From NCBI GenBank assembly GCA_964552475.1, contig CAZKFZ010000003.1:24078-88077 (forward strand): a stretch of 64,000 nt of DNA, in the 5' to 3' direction. Position 1 is the first letter of the stretch, and each line of letters opens with the position of its first letter. The position numbers and the translations under genes were made by a program. The notes under the pieces are model-generated. The model had not been told where the DNA came from. It made no database searches and was given only the letters and a program-made list of their open reading frames with translations. This DNA comes from an uncultured Candidatus Saccharibacteria bacterium. Lineage in GTDB: Bacteria; Patescibacteriota; Saccharimonadia; CAILAD01; BJGX01. Of this stretch, positions 11,852 through 21,739 are shown one piece after another.

Positions 11852-11989
11852 CTACCCCGCTACTCGGGCACGGCCTTTTAGGCGGCGGCGTTTTAATATG
11901 TTTCGGCCAGCCTTAGTAGACATTCTAGAAATAAAGCCATGTACTCGGGCACGGCGACGCTTTTTGGGCTGGTAAGTTTGTTTACTCAT
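11852..11989 (-). CDS. rpmH: 50S ribosomal protein L34 (absent from the ORF track)
   Basis: Hand translation [45 protein letters not shown]. Confidence 0.97.
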   Translation of the reverse strand: MSKQTYQPKKRRRARVHGFISRMSTKAGRNILKRRRLKGRARVAG

Positions 11990-12040
11990 AACTCAATATA
12001 TTACAGCTAATATAAGCTTAAGTCAAGATATCCACCTTAT

Positions 12041-12097
12041 TTATCCACAACCAAACCAGATTGGTAATGTTTTTGGTCTGTGTTCGGTTGTGGAAAA
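12041..12097. promoter_or_regulatory. DnaA boxes upstream of dnaA
   Basis: TTATCCACA at 12041-12049; TGTGGAAAA at 12089-12097. Confidence 0.75.
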
Positions 12098-12144
12098 CTT
12101 TTTTAGGCAGTAGTATAGTAAGTAATCTAAAGGGTGAGAAATAA

Positions 12145-13536
12145 GTGGATAATAAAAATGTAGAGTTGTGGCAAACAGCTCTAGGTCAGTTAGAATTAAG
12201 TGTTTCTCCAGCTAATTATAATACCTGGATAAAAACACTCGAACTTGGCGGTGTAAAACCTCCTATAGCTACTATTTTCGCACCTAATTTTATGGCTAAA
12301 AACTATGTCGAAAACAAGTTTTACACCAACATATTAGAAGTAATTTCGCAGATTAACCCACAAATTACTCAGTTAAAATTCTCGGTTAGTCAAAATAGTA
12401 ATAACAAAAAAGATAAATACGCCAACAGTATTTTTACTATAAAACCAGAAGATACTAAGAGTATAAAAAACAACAAAAACACCCAAGCTAGTACACCAGT
12501 AAGTTCTATTAAGCCCGCTCAGACTGGAATACAAGCTGGGTACACATTTGAAACTTTTATAGTTGGTTCAAGCAATCGTTTAGCATTCTCAGCTGCCCAA
12601 TTGGTAGTAGAAAAACCTGGAATTGCCTACAACCCACTATTTTTATATGGCCCAGCAGGAGTGGGTAAAACTCATTTAATGTGGGCTATTAGAAACGAAA
12701 TAGCTAAACTTCAACCAAGTATTACCGCACAATACATTACTAGTGAAACATTTACTAATGAATATGTAAACGCTATTCGTCGTGGTGAAGAATTTAGTAA
12801 TAAATACCGAGAAGTAGATTTGTTATTTGTAGATGATATGCAGTTTATTGCTGGAAAAGAAAAAACTCAAGAAGAGTTTTTCCACACTTTTAATGCTTTA
12901 CATCAAAATTCCAAACAAATTGTACTGTGTTCTGATAGACCACCAAAAGAAATACCAACCCTAGAAGAACGATTACGTTCCCGTTTTGAGTGGGGTATGG
13001 TGGCCGATATAAACCCACCAGATTTAGAAACAAGAATAGCAATAGTTTTAAACAAAGCAGCTAGACAAGATATAAAATTAGATGATCAAGTAGCTGAGTA
13101 TATTGCTCAATCTGTAGAAAAAAACATCCGTGAATTAGAAGGCGCACTTACTAAAATAATAGTTCATTGCAAGGCTAATAATACCGATATAACTATTGAG
13201 GTAGCAAAAGAGGTATTTGGTGAAATATCAGGTAAAAAACCACAACTTAGTGCAGATAGCGTAGTAGATAAAACGGCCCGTTTTTACAATCTCAACTCGG
13301 CTGATATTTTAGGTGTTAAGCGCGACAAAGAAATAGTTTTACCTCGCCAAGTAGTGATGTATTTACTAAGAAGTAAATTAAATTTAAGTTATCCAAGAAT
13401 TGCCACACAACTAGGTGGTAAAGATCATACCACTATTATGCACGGTACTAAAAAAATAGAAAAATTATTAAATAGTGATATTGAGTTTAAAAAAGAAATA
13501 GAAGAACTTAATGAATTTATAGATTCAACTAGGTAA
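12145..13536 (+). CDS. dnaA: Chromosomal replication initiator DnaA
   Basis: YNPLFLYGPAGVGKTHL, QEEFFHTFN, RLRSRFEWG, KDHTTIMH. Confidence 0.98.
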   Translation: MDNKNVELWQTALGQLELSVSPANYNTWIKTLELGGVKPPIATIFAPNFMAKNYVENKFYTNILEVISQINPQITQLKFSVSQNSNNKKDKYANSIFTIKPEDTKSIKNNKNTQASTPVSSIKPAQTGIQAGYTFETFIVGSSNRLAFSAAQLVVEKPGIAYNPLFLYGPAGVGKTHLMWAIRNEIAKLQPSITAQYITSETFTNEYVNAIRRGEEFSNKYREVDLLFVDDMQFIAGKEKTQEEFFHTFNALHQNSKQIVLCSDRPPKEIPTLEERLRSRFEWGMVADINPPDLETRIAIVLNKAARQDIKLDDQVAEYIAQSVEKNIRELEGALTKIIVHCKANNTDITIEVAKEVFGEISGKKPQLSADSVVDKTARFYNLNSADILGVKRDKEIVLPRQVVMYLLRSKLNLSYPRIATQLGGKDHTTIMHGTKKIEKLLNSDIEFKKEIEELNEFIDSTR

Positions 13537-13823
13537 TAATTAAGTATGTGGAAAACTATGTGTATAACTTGTGAAAACTATGTGTATAGAGTGTATAAAT
13601 ATACACAATATCTACACAATTTATTATTAAGGCTACTTCATGGTGGTGGAGAAGTGTTATTTATACAGAGTTTATACCTACGCTACTCACACCTTTGTGC
13701 ACACACTAAACGCTCGATATTTCGCTTGTTTAGAGGGAAAAATATTGGTTATCCTACCTATCCACATAGCCTAATACTATTACTACTAAATAATACGAAT
13801 AAATATGATAAGATAGAAAACAT
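13537..13823. other. Replication origin oriC
   Basis: Clustered DnaA-box variants (TGTGGAAAA, TGTGTATAA, CTATCCACA) followed by a TAA-TAC-TAT-TAC-TAC-TAA trio-like run at about 13772-13789, between dnaA and dnaN. Confidence 0.85.
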
Positions 13824-14924
13824 ATGAAACTCTCTGTATTACAAAACAATTTAAACAAAGCACTTAGTGTAACTAGTAGAATTATTCAAAACAATAATAG
13901 TCTTCCTGTACTTAGTAATATACTATTACAAACTAGTGATGGTCGTTTAGAACTTCAAGCTACCAATTTAGAATTAGCAATTTCTTATAAAATAGGTGCC
14001 AAAATAGAAAAATCAGGTAGCCTTAGTGTACCTGCTAGGTTACTAAGTGACCTCATACATAGCCTACCGAATGATAAAATTCAATTAGTTAAAGAAAAAG
14101 ACAATTTAAACATACATACTAGTCAGTTAAACTCTATAATAAATGGAATTTCTGCAACAGAGTTTCCAAAAATACCCAAGGTAAAAACTTTACAACAGTT
14201 TAATGTAGCTACAGAAGACTTTATAAAAGGTTTAGAATATGTACTAACTTCAGTTAGTTTAGATGAGTCCAGACCAGTTCTTACAGGGGTGTATTGTAGA
14301 TTTAAAAATTCGGTCCTTACTTTTGCAGCAACCGATAGTTATAGATTAGCTCAATTTAGTATTACTGGTCTTAAAATTAATGATCTTGAAATTATCATTC
14401 CATATAAAACTATTCAAGAACTTATACGTATTATTAAAGCCGAAGAAGTTAAAGATTTAGAAGTTGGTATTACAAAGACCGAAATAGTGTTTTCTACTAA
14501 AAATTTCACTCTTACATCTCAACTTATAGATGGAAGTTATCCAGATTACTCCAAAATAATACCTAAAAGTTCCGCAACATCTTTAGTAGTAGATAAAGAC
14601 GAACTACTAAGTAGTTTAAAAATCGCAAGTCTATTCTCGCGTGAGAACGCTAACACCATCACTTTATCTGTATCTAAAAATAATCTTACTATTCAATCCC
14701 AAGGTTCTCAGGTAGGTACTAACGAATCCACTATACTAGTGAAATCTAGTGGATCAGATCAAGAGATAAATTTAAACGCTCGATATTTAATAGATACTAT
14801 CTCGGTTATTACTGAAAAAACTATTAATATTTCATTAAACGATAAATTAGATCCATGTATAGTTTCTGGTGGTAATAAAAAATCTCCCAACAATTTCCAT
14901 ATTATTATGCCCTTAAGGAGTTAA
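13824..14924 (+). CDS. dnaN: DNA polymerase III beta clamp
   Basis: ATNLE, SRPVLTG, ATDSYRL, C-terminal IMPLR. Confidence 0.97.
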   Translation: MKLSVLQNNLNKALSVTSRIIQNNNSLPVLSNILLQTSDGRLELQATNLELAISYKIGAKIEKSGSLSVPARLLSDLIHSLPNDKIQLVKEKDNLNIHTSQLNSIINGISATEFPKIPKVKTLQQFNVATEDFIKGLEYVLTSVSLDESRPVLTGVYCRFKNSVLTFAATDSYRLAQFSITGLKINDLEIIIPYKTIQELIRIIKAEEVKDLEVGITKTEIVFSTKNFTLTSQLIDGSYPDYSKIIPKSSATSLVVDKDELLSSLKIASLFSRENANTITLSVSKNNLTIQSQGSQVGTNESTILVKSSGSDQEINLNARYLIDTISVITEKTINISLNDKLDPCIVSGGNKKSPNNFHIIMPLRS

Positions 14925-14938
14925 GGGGTAGTAATAAG

Positions 14939-15991
14939 ATGATTACTCATCTTAGTTTGAGGCAGTTTAGAAATCACTCTAAACTAGATTTAGATATAAA
15001 CTCTAACTTAATTACAATTACTGGCCCCAACGCATCTGGTAAAACTAACATACTAGAATCCATATATATTAGTTCACTAACAAAGTCCTTTAAGGTGAGT
15101 GATAATAAACTTATACAGCATAATAAAGATTTTTTTACCATCGACCGAATAGATGATGATACTACTATTCATCTAAGATTCATTCAAACCCCACAGAGCC
15201 GTTCTAAATCTTTAAAAATAAAAAACTCACCAAAACCACTATATAGCTTAGTGGGCCGTAACCCAGTTACTCTTTTTGAGCCAAATGATATGTATTTATT
15301 TATAGGTCTACCAAGTGTGCGAAGAAACTACTTAGATAAAATACTCTCACAAGTAGATAAACTATATCTACAAAATTTGCGCAACTATAAAAAAATACTA
15401 CATCACCGTAATAGCTTACTTAAAAGAGCTAAGAAAGAGACTATATCTAATCTATATGATCAACTATTTGTTTTAAATATACAAATAATAGAACCAGGTT
15501 ATTATTTGTCAAAAAAAAGAGCCGAGTTTATAAAAAACATACAAGGTAGTATTAATAACTATTACCATTCTATTAGTGGTGAAAATAAAAAAGTAGTTAC
15601 CAAATTCATAGCCAGTGCCAAATCACCTCAAGAATTACTTAGTAATATAGAATTGGCTCTAAATATAGATATTGCTAGTGGATTTTCTACGGTAGGTCCA
15701 CATAAAGAAGATTTTAATATTGTTATGGATAGTTATAATCTAGCCGATTCAGCATCACGAGGAGAGCTTAGGAGTTTAGTATTAGCATGTAAGCTATCAG
15801 AGTTAGATTATATAGAAAAATCAATTTCTAAGCGTCCTACTCTTCTATTAGACGATGTTCTAAGTGAGTTAGACAACAAGCGCCAAAAATTTTTACTTAA
15901 TAATTTAGATAAGCAACAGACTTTTATTACTACTACACACCTACCTAGTCATTTAGGCCTAGATTTTCAACATATAGAGTTACCATTATGA
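14939..15991 (+). CDS. recF: DNA replication/repair protein RecF
   Basis: GPNASGKTN, GPHKED, SRGE, LLLDDVLSELD. Confidence 0.95.
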   Translation: MITHLSLRQFRNHSKLDLDINSNLITITGPNASGKTNILESIYISSLTKSFKVSDNKLIQHNKDFFTIDRIDDDTTIHLRFIQTPQSRSKSLKIKNSPKPLYSLVGRNPVTLFEPNDMYLFIGLPSVRRNYLDKILSQVDKLYLQNLRNYKKILHHRNSLLKRAKKETISNLYDQLFVLNIQIIEPGYYLSKKRAEFIKNIQGSINNYYHSISGENKKVVTKFIASAKSPQELLSNIELALNIDIASGFSTVGPHKEDFNIVMDSYNLADSASRGELRSLVLACKLSELDYIEKSISKRPTLLLDDVLSELDNKRQKFLLNNLDKQQTFITTTHLPSHLGLDFQHIELPL

Positions 15992-16266
15992 GTTTAGAAC
16001 CAATTAAAAAATCAATACCTAACACAAGGTATATAAAAGAAGAAAATGTTCTTAAACAAATTAAACAAATTGTTTTAGATGTTACAGGTGTAGAGGTGGG
16101 TGTTCGGTCGCCACATAATCATAAAATTGTATTAATAGTAAATAACTCTTCGGCTGCTAGTGAAATAAACCTTAAACAACAAGAATTATTAAATAAGGTT
16201 AATGATTATTTTTTAAAAACAAAAAATATAGTAATAATAGATAAAATAACTATTCAGCAAATATAG
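15988..16266 (+). CDS. Hypothetical protein, possibly DciA/DUF721-like
   Basis: Position after recF; 'V.NSSAASEINLKQQELL.KVN' pattern. Confidence 0.5.
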   Translation: MSLEPIKKSIPNTRYIKEENVLKQIKQIVLDVTGVEVGVRSPHNHKIVLIVNNSSAASEINLKQQELLNKVNDYFLKTKNIVIIDKITIQQI

Positions 16267-16269
16267 AGA

Positions 16270-17073
16270 TTATTTATCTAGAGGTATACCATCGCCACCG
16301 TAGTCATCTAGGTATATTTTAGAATTACTAGGTATTTTATTACTATCTATATATTTAGCCAAAGTAGGGTTATCGGCAGTCAACACATAAGTATTTCTAT
16401 CTATACCAGTACTATTTAGAAAGTCAGTTACAGTCTTTGCTGTGGCTTTTATTTCACTATCAGGATAAGGAGGTGTTAAGCCCATGTAAAACAGATTTTT
16501 TACCACAACTATAGTATTACTTTTACCATTACTATCAACTATTTTGCCACTTTTTATAACATAATTATCTGTGCTATAAGGTAAGAAGTTTAATATTGTT
16601 TTATTAGTTGGAGTCGGGTCAGTATCTTCAAGTTGTTGTTTTTTCTGATCTTCAGTTAAATTAGAGTATGGTATATATTTTGTTTTAAATTGTATCTTAA
16701 TATCTTTCAACTGCTCACCTTTTACTGATGATATTTTATTGATTGTAATTATATAAACATAATTATTTTTTAATGCATTAAAATTAATAACTAAGTCTTT
16801 ATTGTTAATATTAATGCTTCTAACTAAATCTTTTTCAGCATTTATATCACTTAGAGTTACGCTTTTTAAATCTATTTCCTTATTGAAAGTTAATATCATT
16901 TTATTAGCAGATGTTGGAACTAAGTTATTAGTATTAGGGTTAGTACTTTCTAATTTGAATACACTATTAGACTTATTATTTGAGTACAATAAAGCAATAG
17001 CAAAAACTATAAAGGTAATTATTATTATAATAATAATTACAGTGAAATATTTATTTTTTAGTAAATTATTCAT
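16270..17073 (-). CDS. Membrane-anchored Ig-like domain protein at the end of the secretion cluster
   Basis: N-terminal TM; 'STNP...ILTFNKEID' Ig-like pattern. Confidence 0.6.
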   Translation of the reverse strand: MNNLLKNKYFTVIIIIIIITFIVFAIALLYSNNKSNSVFKLESTNPNTNNLVPTSANKMILTFNKEIDLKSVTLSDINAEKDLVRSININNKDLVINFNALKNNYVYIITINKISSVKGEQLKDIKIQFKTKYIPYSNLTEDQKKQQLEDTDPTPTNKTILNFLPYSTDNYVIKSGKIVDSNGKSNTIVVVKNLFYMGLTPPYPDSEIKATAKTVTDFLNSTGIDRNTYVLTADNPTLAKYIDSNKIPSNSKIYLDDYGGDGIPLDK

Positions 17074-18218
17074 TACTCAACCCTCATAAATCCAGTTAGA
17101 TATCTAGCATTAACACTATGGGTGGATTGTTTTACCTGATCACTTTCGTTACCACCTATAGTAGTGAAGTTACCAGCTCCGTCATATTCGGTTACAATAT
17201 TTACATGACTAGGATAAGGCATTAAACCTTCTTTATAAATAGCCACGTCACCTGGCTGAGGTTCAAAACCCGCCTCACCTTTCGGGTGGTAGAAGTTGTT
17301 TGTTCTAGCATAATCCAGTATTGCTTGGGCCGAGGCTATCGTTCCATTACCACCACCTACGGTTAATGGTTTTCCAGCTTCTCTAAATATATAACTAACA
17401 AAGTATGCACACCAAGGTGGGTTACCACCACCAGTATATTTAGAAATATCTTGTTCACCACTATTCCAAGACTCTAACTCATCTCGAGCAACACTTACAA
17501 CTGAACTATTTTTATTAATAACAGGACTGTCACATTTGCCCTCACCTATATCAGTGTCTGTAGAAGTAGATGGGTTATTTGGACTACCATTATTAGTTAT
17601 TCCTGCGGCTTGTAAATATCTATCAAATTCAGGTGCTTCATTATATCTAAGTACAATATCTTGACCAGCCCCAGCCGCAATATCGTCTATTACACTTTGA
17701 GCATATTGCCTTGGAGTAATTACGTTATTACCAACTATAGTGTCTAATAATGACGGGTCATCAATGGCAGCAGGATAAAAATGGCTAAGTGCAAGTTTAA
17801 AGATATCGTTACCTAAATCTCTAAATTTTTTCTCATACTCTATTTTTGCTACTGCATCTTGTATAGGCCCAGGTGCATCTTTGGCTCTAGCGTAAGGTAT
17901 GGCTGGTGGGTATGCTTGTTTCACACTATTCCAGGTACTATCTATATACTGATATCTTCCGGATGCCGAAGAGCCACCAGCATCAGCAATATAATCTCCA
18001 CTACCAGAACTTTCATTAAAAGCAATTACTTGTAAAAACCTATCTACATCACCACCTGTTGCGGTTGACGAAGATTCACCTACGCAGTCGGTAGGGTCGT
18101 AAAACGGTCTTTTTTCTATCTCTTTTCTTTGTTGGTTGGTAAGTGCAGAAGATTTAAAAGGTACTAGTAAGAAAACTAGTACTAGTATTATTGAAATTTT
18201 TCTAAACATACTTATCAT
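17073..18218 (-). CDS. Secreted wall hydrolase with lysozyme-like and CHAP domains (VirB1 analogue)
   Basis: Signal peptide MISMFRKISII...; ES...ASGRYQYIDSTW; PWCAYFVSY, PGD, SHVNIV, IGGN; start moved from the ORF-track position. Confidence 0.8.
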   Translation of the reverse strand: MISMFRKISIILVLVFLLVPFKSSALTNQQRKEIEKRPFYDPTDCVGESSSTATGGDVDRFLQVIAFNESSGSGDYIADAGGSSASGRYQYIDSTWNSVKQAYPPAIPYARAKDAPGPIQDAVAKIEYEKKFRDLGNDIFKLALSHFYPAAIDDPSLLDTIVGNNVITPRQYAQSVIDDIAAGAGQDIVLRYNEAPEFDRYLQAAGITNNGSPNNPSTSTDTDIGEGKCDSPVINKNSSVVSVARDELESWNSGEQDISKYTGGGNPPWCAYFVSYIFREAGKPLTVGGGNGTIASAQAILDYARTNNFYHPKGEAGFEPQPGDVAIYKEGLMPYPSHVNIVTEYDGAGNFTTIGGNESDQVKQSTHSVNARYLTGFMRVE

Positions 18219-18220
18219 TG

Positions 18221-21200
18221 TTAATTTCCTGTTACTGACCAGTGCCAGGCCTCTGAAGGTAGGTTTTTTAATCCATATTCTTGGGCATGTTGTACCATCC
18301 AATTAAAACAAGGTGAGCCTCCGAAATTAAACGCCGAACCACCATTACAATTGAAGTCTATTGCTAATCCTTTTTCATGATTCGATGACCCTGGTTCAGC
18401 GGTAGGTGGATTACAGCTACCACCGCTACAATTTTGGTTATACAAATCAACCTGTTCTTCATAAGACCTAAATCCACCTCCACCCATTATTATTCCGGCG
18501 GCCTGTGCATCTTTTAGTAGTTTATTGAGTTGACTAGCTAAAGATACATTTATATCTATTACACCCCCGGCAGGTGCGGCTACGTCACAAACCATTATTT
18601 TATTTGCAGAAACACCGCCAGGACCATAGGTTTGAGCAACACCATTTACTAAGTTTGGACCTGTACTAGTAGTAATGCCGGGTTCATTTGGGCAAGGCGT
18701 TCCACTAGTGTCTGCATCAGCATTTGGTTCACCACCTATCGGTCCTGTTGGGGTTGATGTTTTAGCATAAATACTTTGGTTATCTTCATCACTACTTAGA
18801 GATACCATTTGGTCGAGTAAAGTATTGTAGTAAGTGTACATTCTATATCGTATAGGTAGTTTATTTTCTTCAATATTAAAGTCTTGTGCTTGTTCTAGTA
18901 TTATTTTACAATCATAAAACTTCATAAATTCACCATCTGCGTCATTGTCGGCTCGATCAACCCTATTTACAGGTGTGACATTACCATTTGCATCTTTAAA
19001 AACTCCTCTATGCCATTCCGGGAAGAATACAAACCACTGAACAGCATTAGCATTAGGATACTTTGCCCTAATGCTAGCTTTTAGTGCCTCGTCATTTAGC
19101 TCATTAAATTTCTTTGATTTAAGTTTGAAATATTGTGAGGTTGGTATCTTTTTCTTAAAACACTCATCATAATGTGTGAGTTTTACTCTATCGTTCTCTG
19201 TGCCTGTGGCGCCACTCTTAATATCTTCAATAACCTTTGCATTATCTAACATATCAAAACTATTAAAATCCTGAGGAGGTATACCGGCGGTATCAATTTT
19301 TAGATATTGGTCACCATTAATACTTGCAGCAAAGGCTTTGTTGTGTTGACCAAATCCGTAGTACAGAGCCGAGCTATGTATGTTTGCCAAAGATCTTAAC
19401 GGGTTTAGAACTTCTTTAAATAATGAACTTGCAGTCTTCATTGCAGTTTTTGGTGTAATGGTATTTTGGGCAATAATACTACGTGCTGATCTGATGTTTT
19501 CACTAGCAAATAATCTATAACCTATACCGTTTTCTTTCTCTTCATTACGACGAGTGTTTTCACTATCTAGAGCTACTTGTCTTGCTTCCACTTCAGTTAA
19601 AAATCTACCACCTATCCTCAAGAAATAATCATTCATAAGTTGTCTAAAACCAGCCGCCTGCCTATTGTAGTTGTCTGGTCCCGACTCTAACCCACTTACT
19701 GCTGTGACCGACCCTGTTCGTACATAAGAAGTAATAATTTCTTTTAGACCAAAATCTTCTATACTATTAAAAACACCCTGTGAGTTATTAACAATCGCAA
19801 GCTTTAATAATTGATAACTTGGTTGAATAAGTTCATCACCAAGTAATAACAGTGTCTTATTGTTATCTGTTAAAAAAGTACAGGATAGTAATAATAAATC
19901 TACAGATGGATCATCGGTTAAATCTGTTTGTCTGGCATTATAAGCTCTAGTAGATGTAGCTTCAGGATTTTGTTCTACTCCACGCAGTTCATTATAAACA
20001 TCGAGCTGATACGAAGTACTACTAGACCAATTATCTTGTTGAGCAATAGTTGCATTATTTTCTACATTACTAAGTTGGTCGGCATTGCGAGTATCGGCCA
20101 TTGTTAATACTTTTATAGCACCACGCTCGGTACTAGCTAACCTACTTTCTATTGCTTTTCTTGCATTACTTGCAGCAGCTTCACTACGAGGTGTATTACC
20201 TAGGTCTAAAAAAGCATATGTAAATGGACATATAGTATTTGCAATACCAGCCCTTACTAAGTTTTTTTCTACAGAGCTTGTTTGTGGCGTATACGAATCT
20301 CTTTCGGGAATGTTTAAATACTTACCTACCGATATATCGTAAGGACTAGTGCCGTCAGCCATATCTTCATACATTTTATTTATACCAGCCACTAGATCTT
20401 GTTTATTTTCTTTAAAAGGTATTTTATTGTCAGGGTTAGTATTATTATATGCTGTCACAGCATCTCTATAGTTGTTTTGAAACTCGGTTATTTGACCTTG
20501 ATAAGATGAAAAGTCTATTGTTTCTTCGGTAGTTGGGGTTATTCTACCGATTGTTTTGTTAAAAACATAGCGATTCACCTCATCTCTACTACCTCTAAAT
20601 TCTTCAGTATCTTTTTTGCCAGCATAGTCTAGATGGATATTTGCTAATTGATTTATTTCTCTAGTAACAGGTTGGCGAGCCATCATATTAAATATTGGAT
20701 ATTGTTTTTGGATACAATAGCTAGCAGCTTGGTTAGAACCCAACTGATTTAAAGGTATTACTTCTCTTGTTCTTTTATTAAAAACTTCTTTTGGTACATA
20801 TCTAGTTTTACCTTCAGAATTTATTTTGAGTTGGAGTCTAAGCTCATACACGCAACCAGCATTATCTAAGGTTTGATACCGCGCTTGTCGCCAGTCTATT
20901 TGTGATAACCTATCTAACGTTGTGCCTGGTTCAATAGTTGATGGGTTAGCGGCAACTGCAGTATTTGGGCCTTTATAATCTACCTCTCCAGTATAGGAAA
21001 GGGCTCTTATACTTGCTTCTAAAGCACCTTTACTGAAAGCCTGTGCAACATCTATACCAAACTCACGAATCTTTGAATTTGTTAAGACTGCCTTAACAGC
21101 ATCCCATGGGTTTTGAATAAGATAGACGATAATAAAAATTGGCACCATAGCGATAGCTAGAATACCGAAAGCAATAGCCACAAAAGCCATTTTGTGTTTT

Positions 21201-21679
21201 GATACTTCTTCACCAACTTTTGCTCCAATCTGAGCACCAGCAGTTCCTCCAAGCGCTGCCCCTGCTGCTGCTCCAGCTCCTTTAAGTGCTGTGTTTGATA
21301 ATTGTCCTTCACGCTGAGCTTTTTTTTCTGGCGACTCCTTGTCTATTTTATCTACGGCTTTTAGGGCTTTGTCGGTACCTCCACCACCCTTCCCGCCGGA
21401 GGCGGCTTTATCAATAGCTTTATTCGCTATTTTATTAACCTTTTGACCACCAGTATCATCTTTTTGTATACCACTACCACCCATACCTTCCATACCTTTA
21501 GGTAGTCCTTCGGTTGGGCTCAGTCCAGATCCAGTAATAGCTTTTGGTCCGCCATCTTGTTTACCTTTCTCTTTTGAAAGTGGGCTTACGGGTAAATCGG
21601 ATGCACCAGCAAGGCCACTAGGCTTAGCAGCCTTGTTGTTTGTGTCATCGTCTGGTAATTTTGTTGCGGTTGCAGGCAT
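18221..21679 (-). CDS. Large membrane-anchored protein with a C-terminal M15 (VanY-like) peptidase domain
   Basis: Low-complexity N-terminus, one TM, GFRSYEEQ, SNHEKGLAID, EAWH. Confidence 0.8.
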   Translation of the reverse strand: MPATATKLPDDDTNNKAAKPSGLAGASDLPVSPLSKEKGKQDGGPKAITGSGLSPTEGLPKGMEGMGGSGIQKDDTGGQKVNKIANKAIDKAASGGKGGGGTDKALKAVDKIDKESPEKKAQREGQLSNTALKGAGAAAGAALGGTAGAQIGAKVGEEVSKHKMAFVAIAFGILAIAMVPIFIIVYLIQNPWDAVKAVLTNSKIREFGIDVAQAFSKGALEASIRALSYTGEVDYKGPNTAVAANPSTIEPGTTLDRLSQIDWRQARYQTLDNAGCVYELRLQLKINSEGKTRYVPKEVFNKRTREVIPLNQLGSNQAASYCIQKQYPIFNMMARQPVTREINQLANIHLDYAGKKDTEEFRGSRDEVNRYVFNKTIGRITPTTEETIDFSSYQGQITEFQNNYRDAVTAYNNTNPDNKIPFKENKQDLVAGINKMYEDMADGTSPYDISVGKYLNIPERDSYTPQTSSVEKNLVRAGIANTICPFTYAFLDLGNTPRSEAAASNARKAIESRLASTERGAIKVLTMADTRNADQLSNVENNATIAQQDNWSSSTSYQLDVYNELRGVEQNPEATSTRAYNARQTDLTDDPSVDLLLLSCTFLTDNNKTLLLLGDELIQPSYQLLKLAIVNNSQGVFNSIEDFGLKEIITSYVRTGSVTAVSGLESGPDNYNRQAAGFRQLMNDYFLRIGGRFLTEVEARQVALDSENTRRNEEKENGIGYRLFASENIRSARSIIAQNTITPKTAMKTASSLFKEVLNPLRSLANIHSSALYYGFGQHNKAFAASINGDQYLKIDTAGIPPQDFNSFDMLDNAKVIEDIKSGATGTENDRVKLTHYDECFKKKIPTSQYFKLKSKKFNELNDEALKASIRAKYPNANAVQWFVFFPEWHRGVFKDANGNVTPVNRVDRADNDADGEFMKFYDCKIILEQAQDFNIEENKLPIRYRMYTYYNTLLDQMVSLSSDEDNQSIYAKTSTPTGPIGGEPNADADTSGTPCPNEPGITTSTGPNLVNGVAQTYGPGGVSANKIMVCDVAAPAGGVIDINVSLASQLNKLLKDAQAAGIIMGGGGFRSYEEQVDLYNQNCSGGSCNPPTAEPGSSNHEKGLAIDFNCNGGSAFNFGGSPCFNWMVQHAQEYGLKNLPSEAWHWSVTGN

Positions 21680-21739
21680 TTATAATAAAAACTCTTATAC
21701 TTAAAAATTATAGCAGATTTATCTATACAATTACTAAAT

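Noticed and set aside
13546-13827. 93-aa ORF between dnaA and dnaN
   Set aside because: It overlies the DnaA-box cluster and trio run; this is oriC
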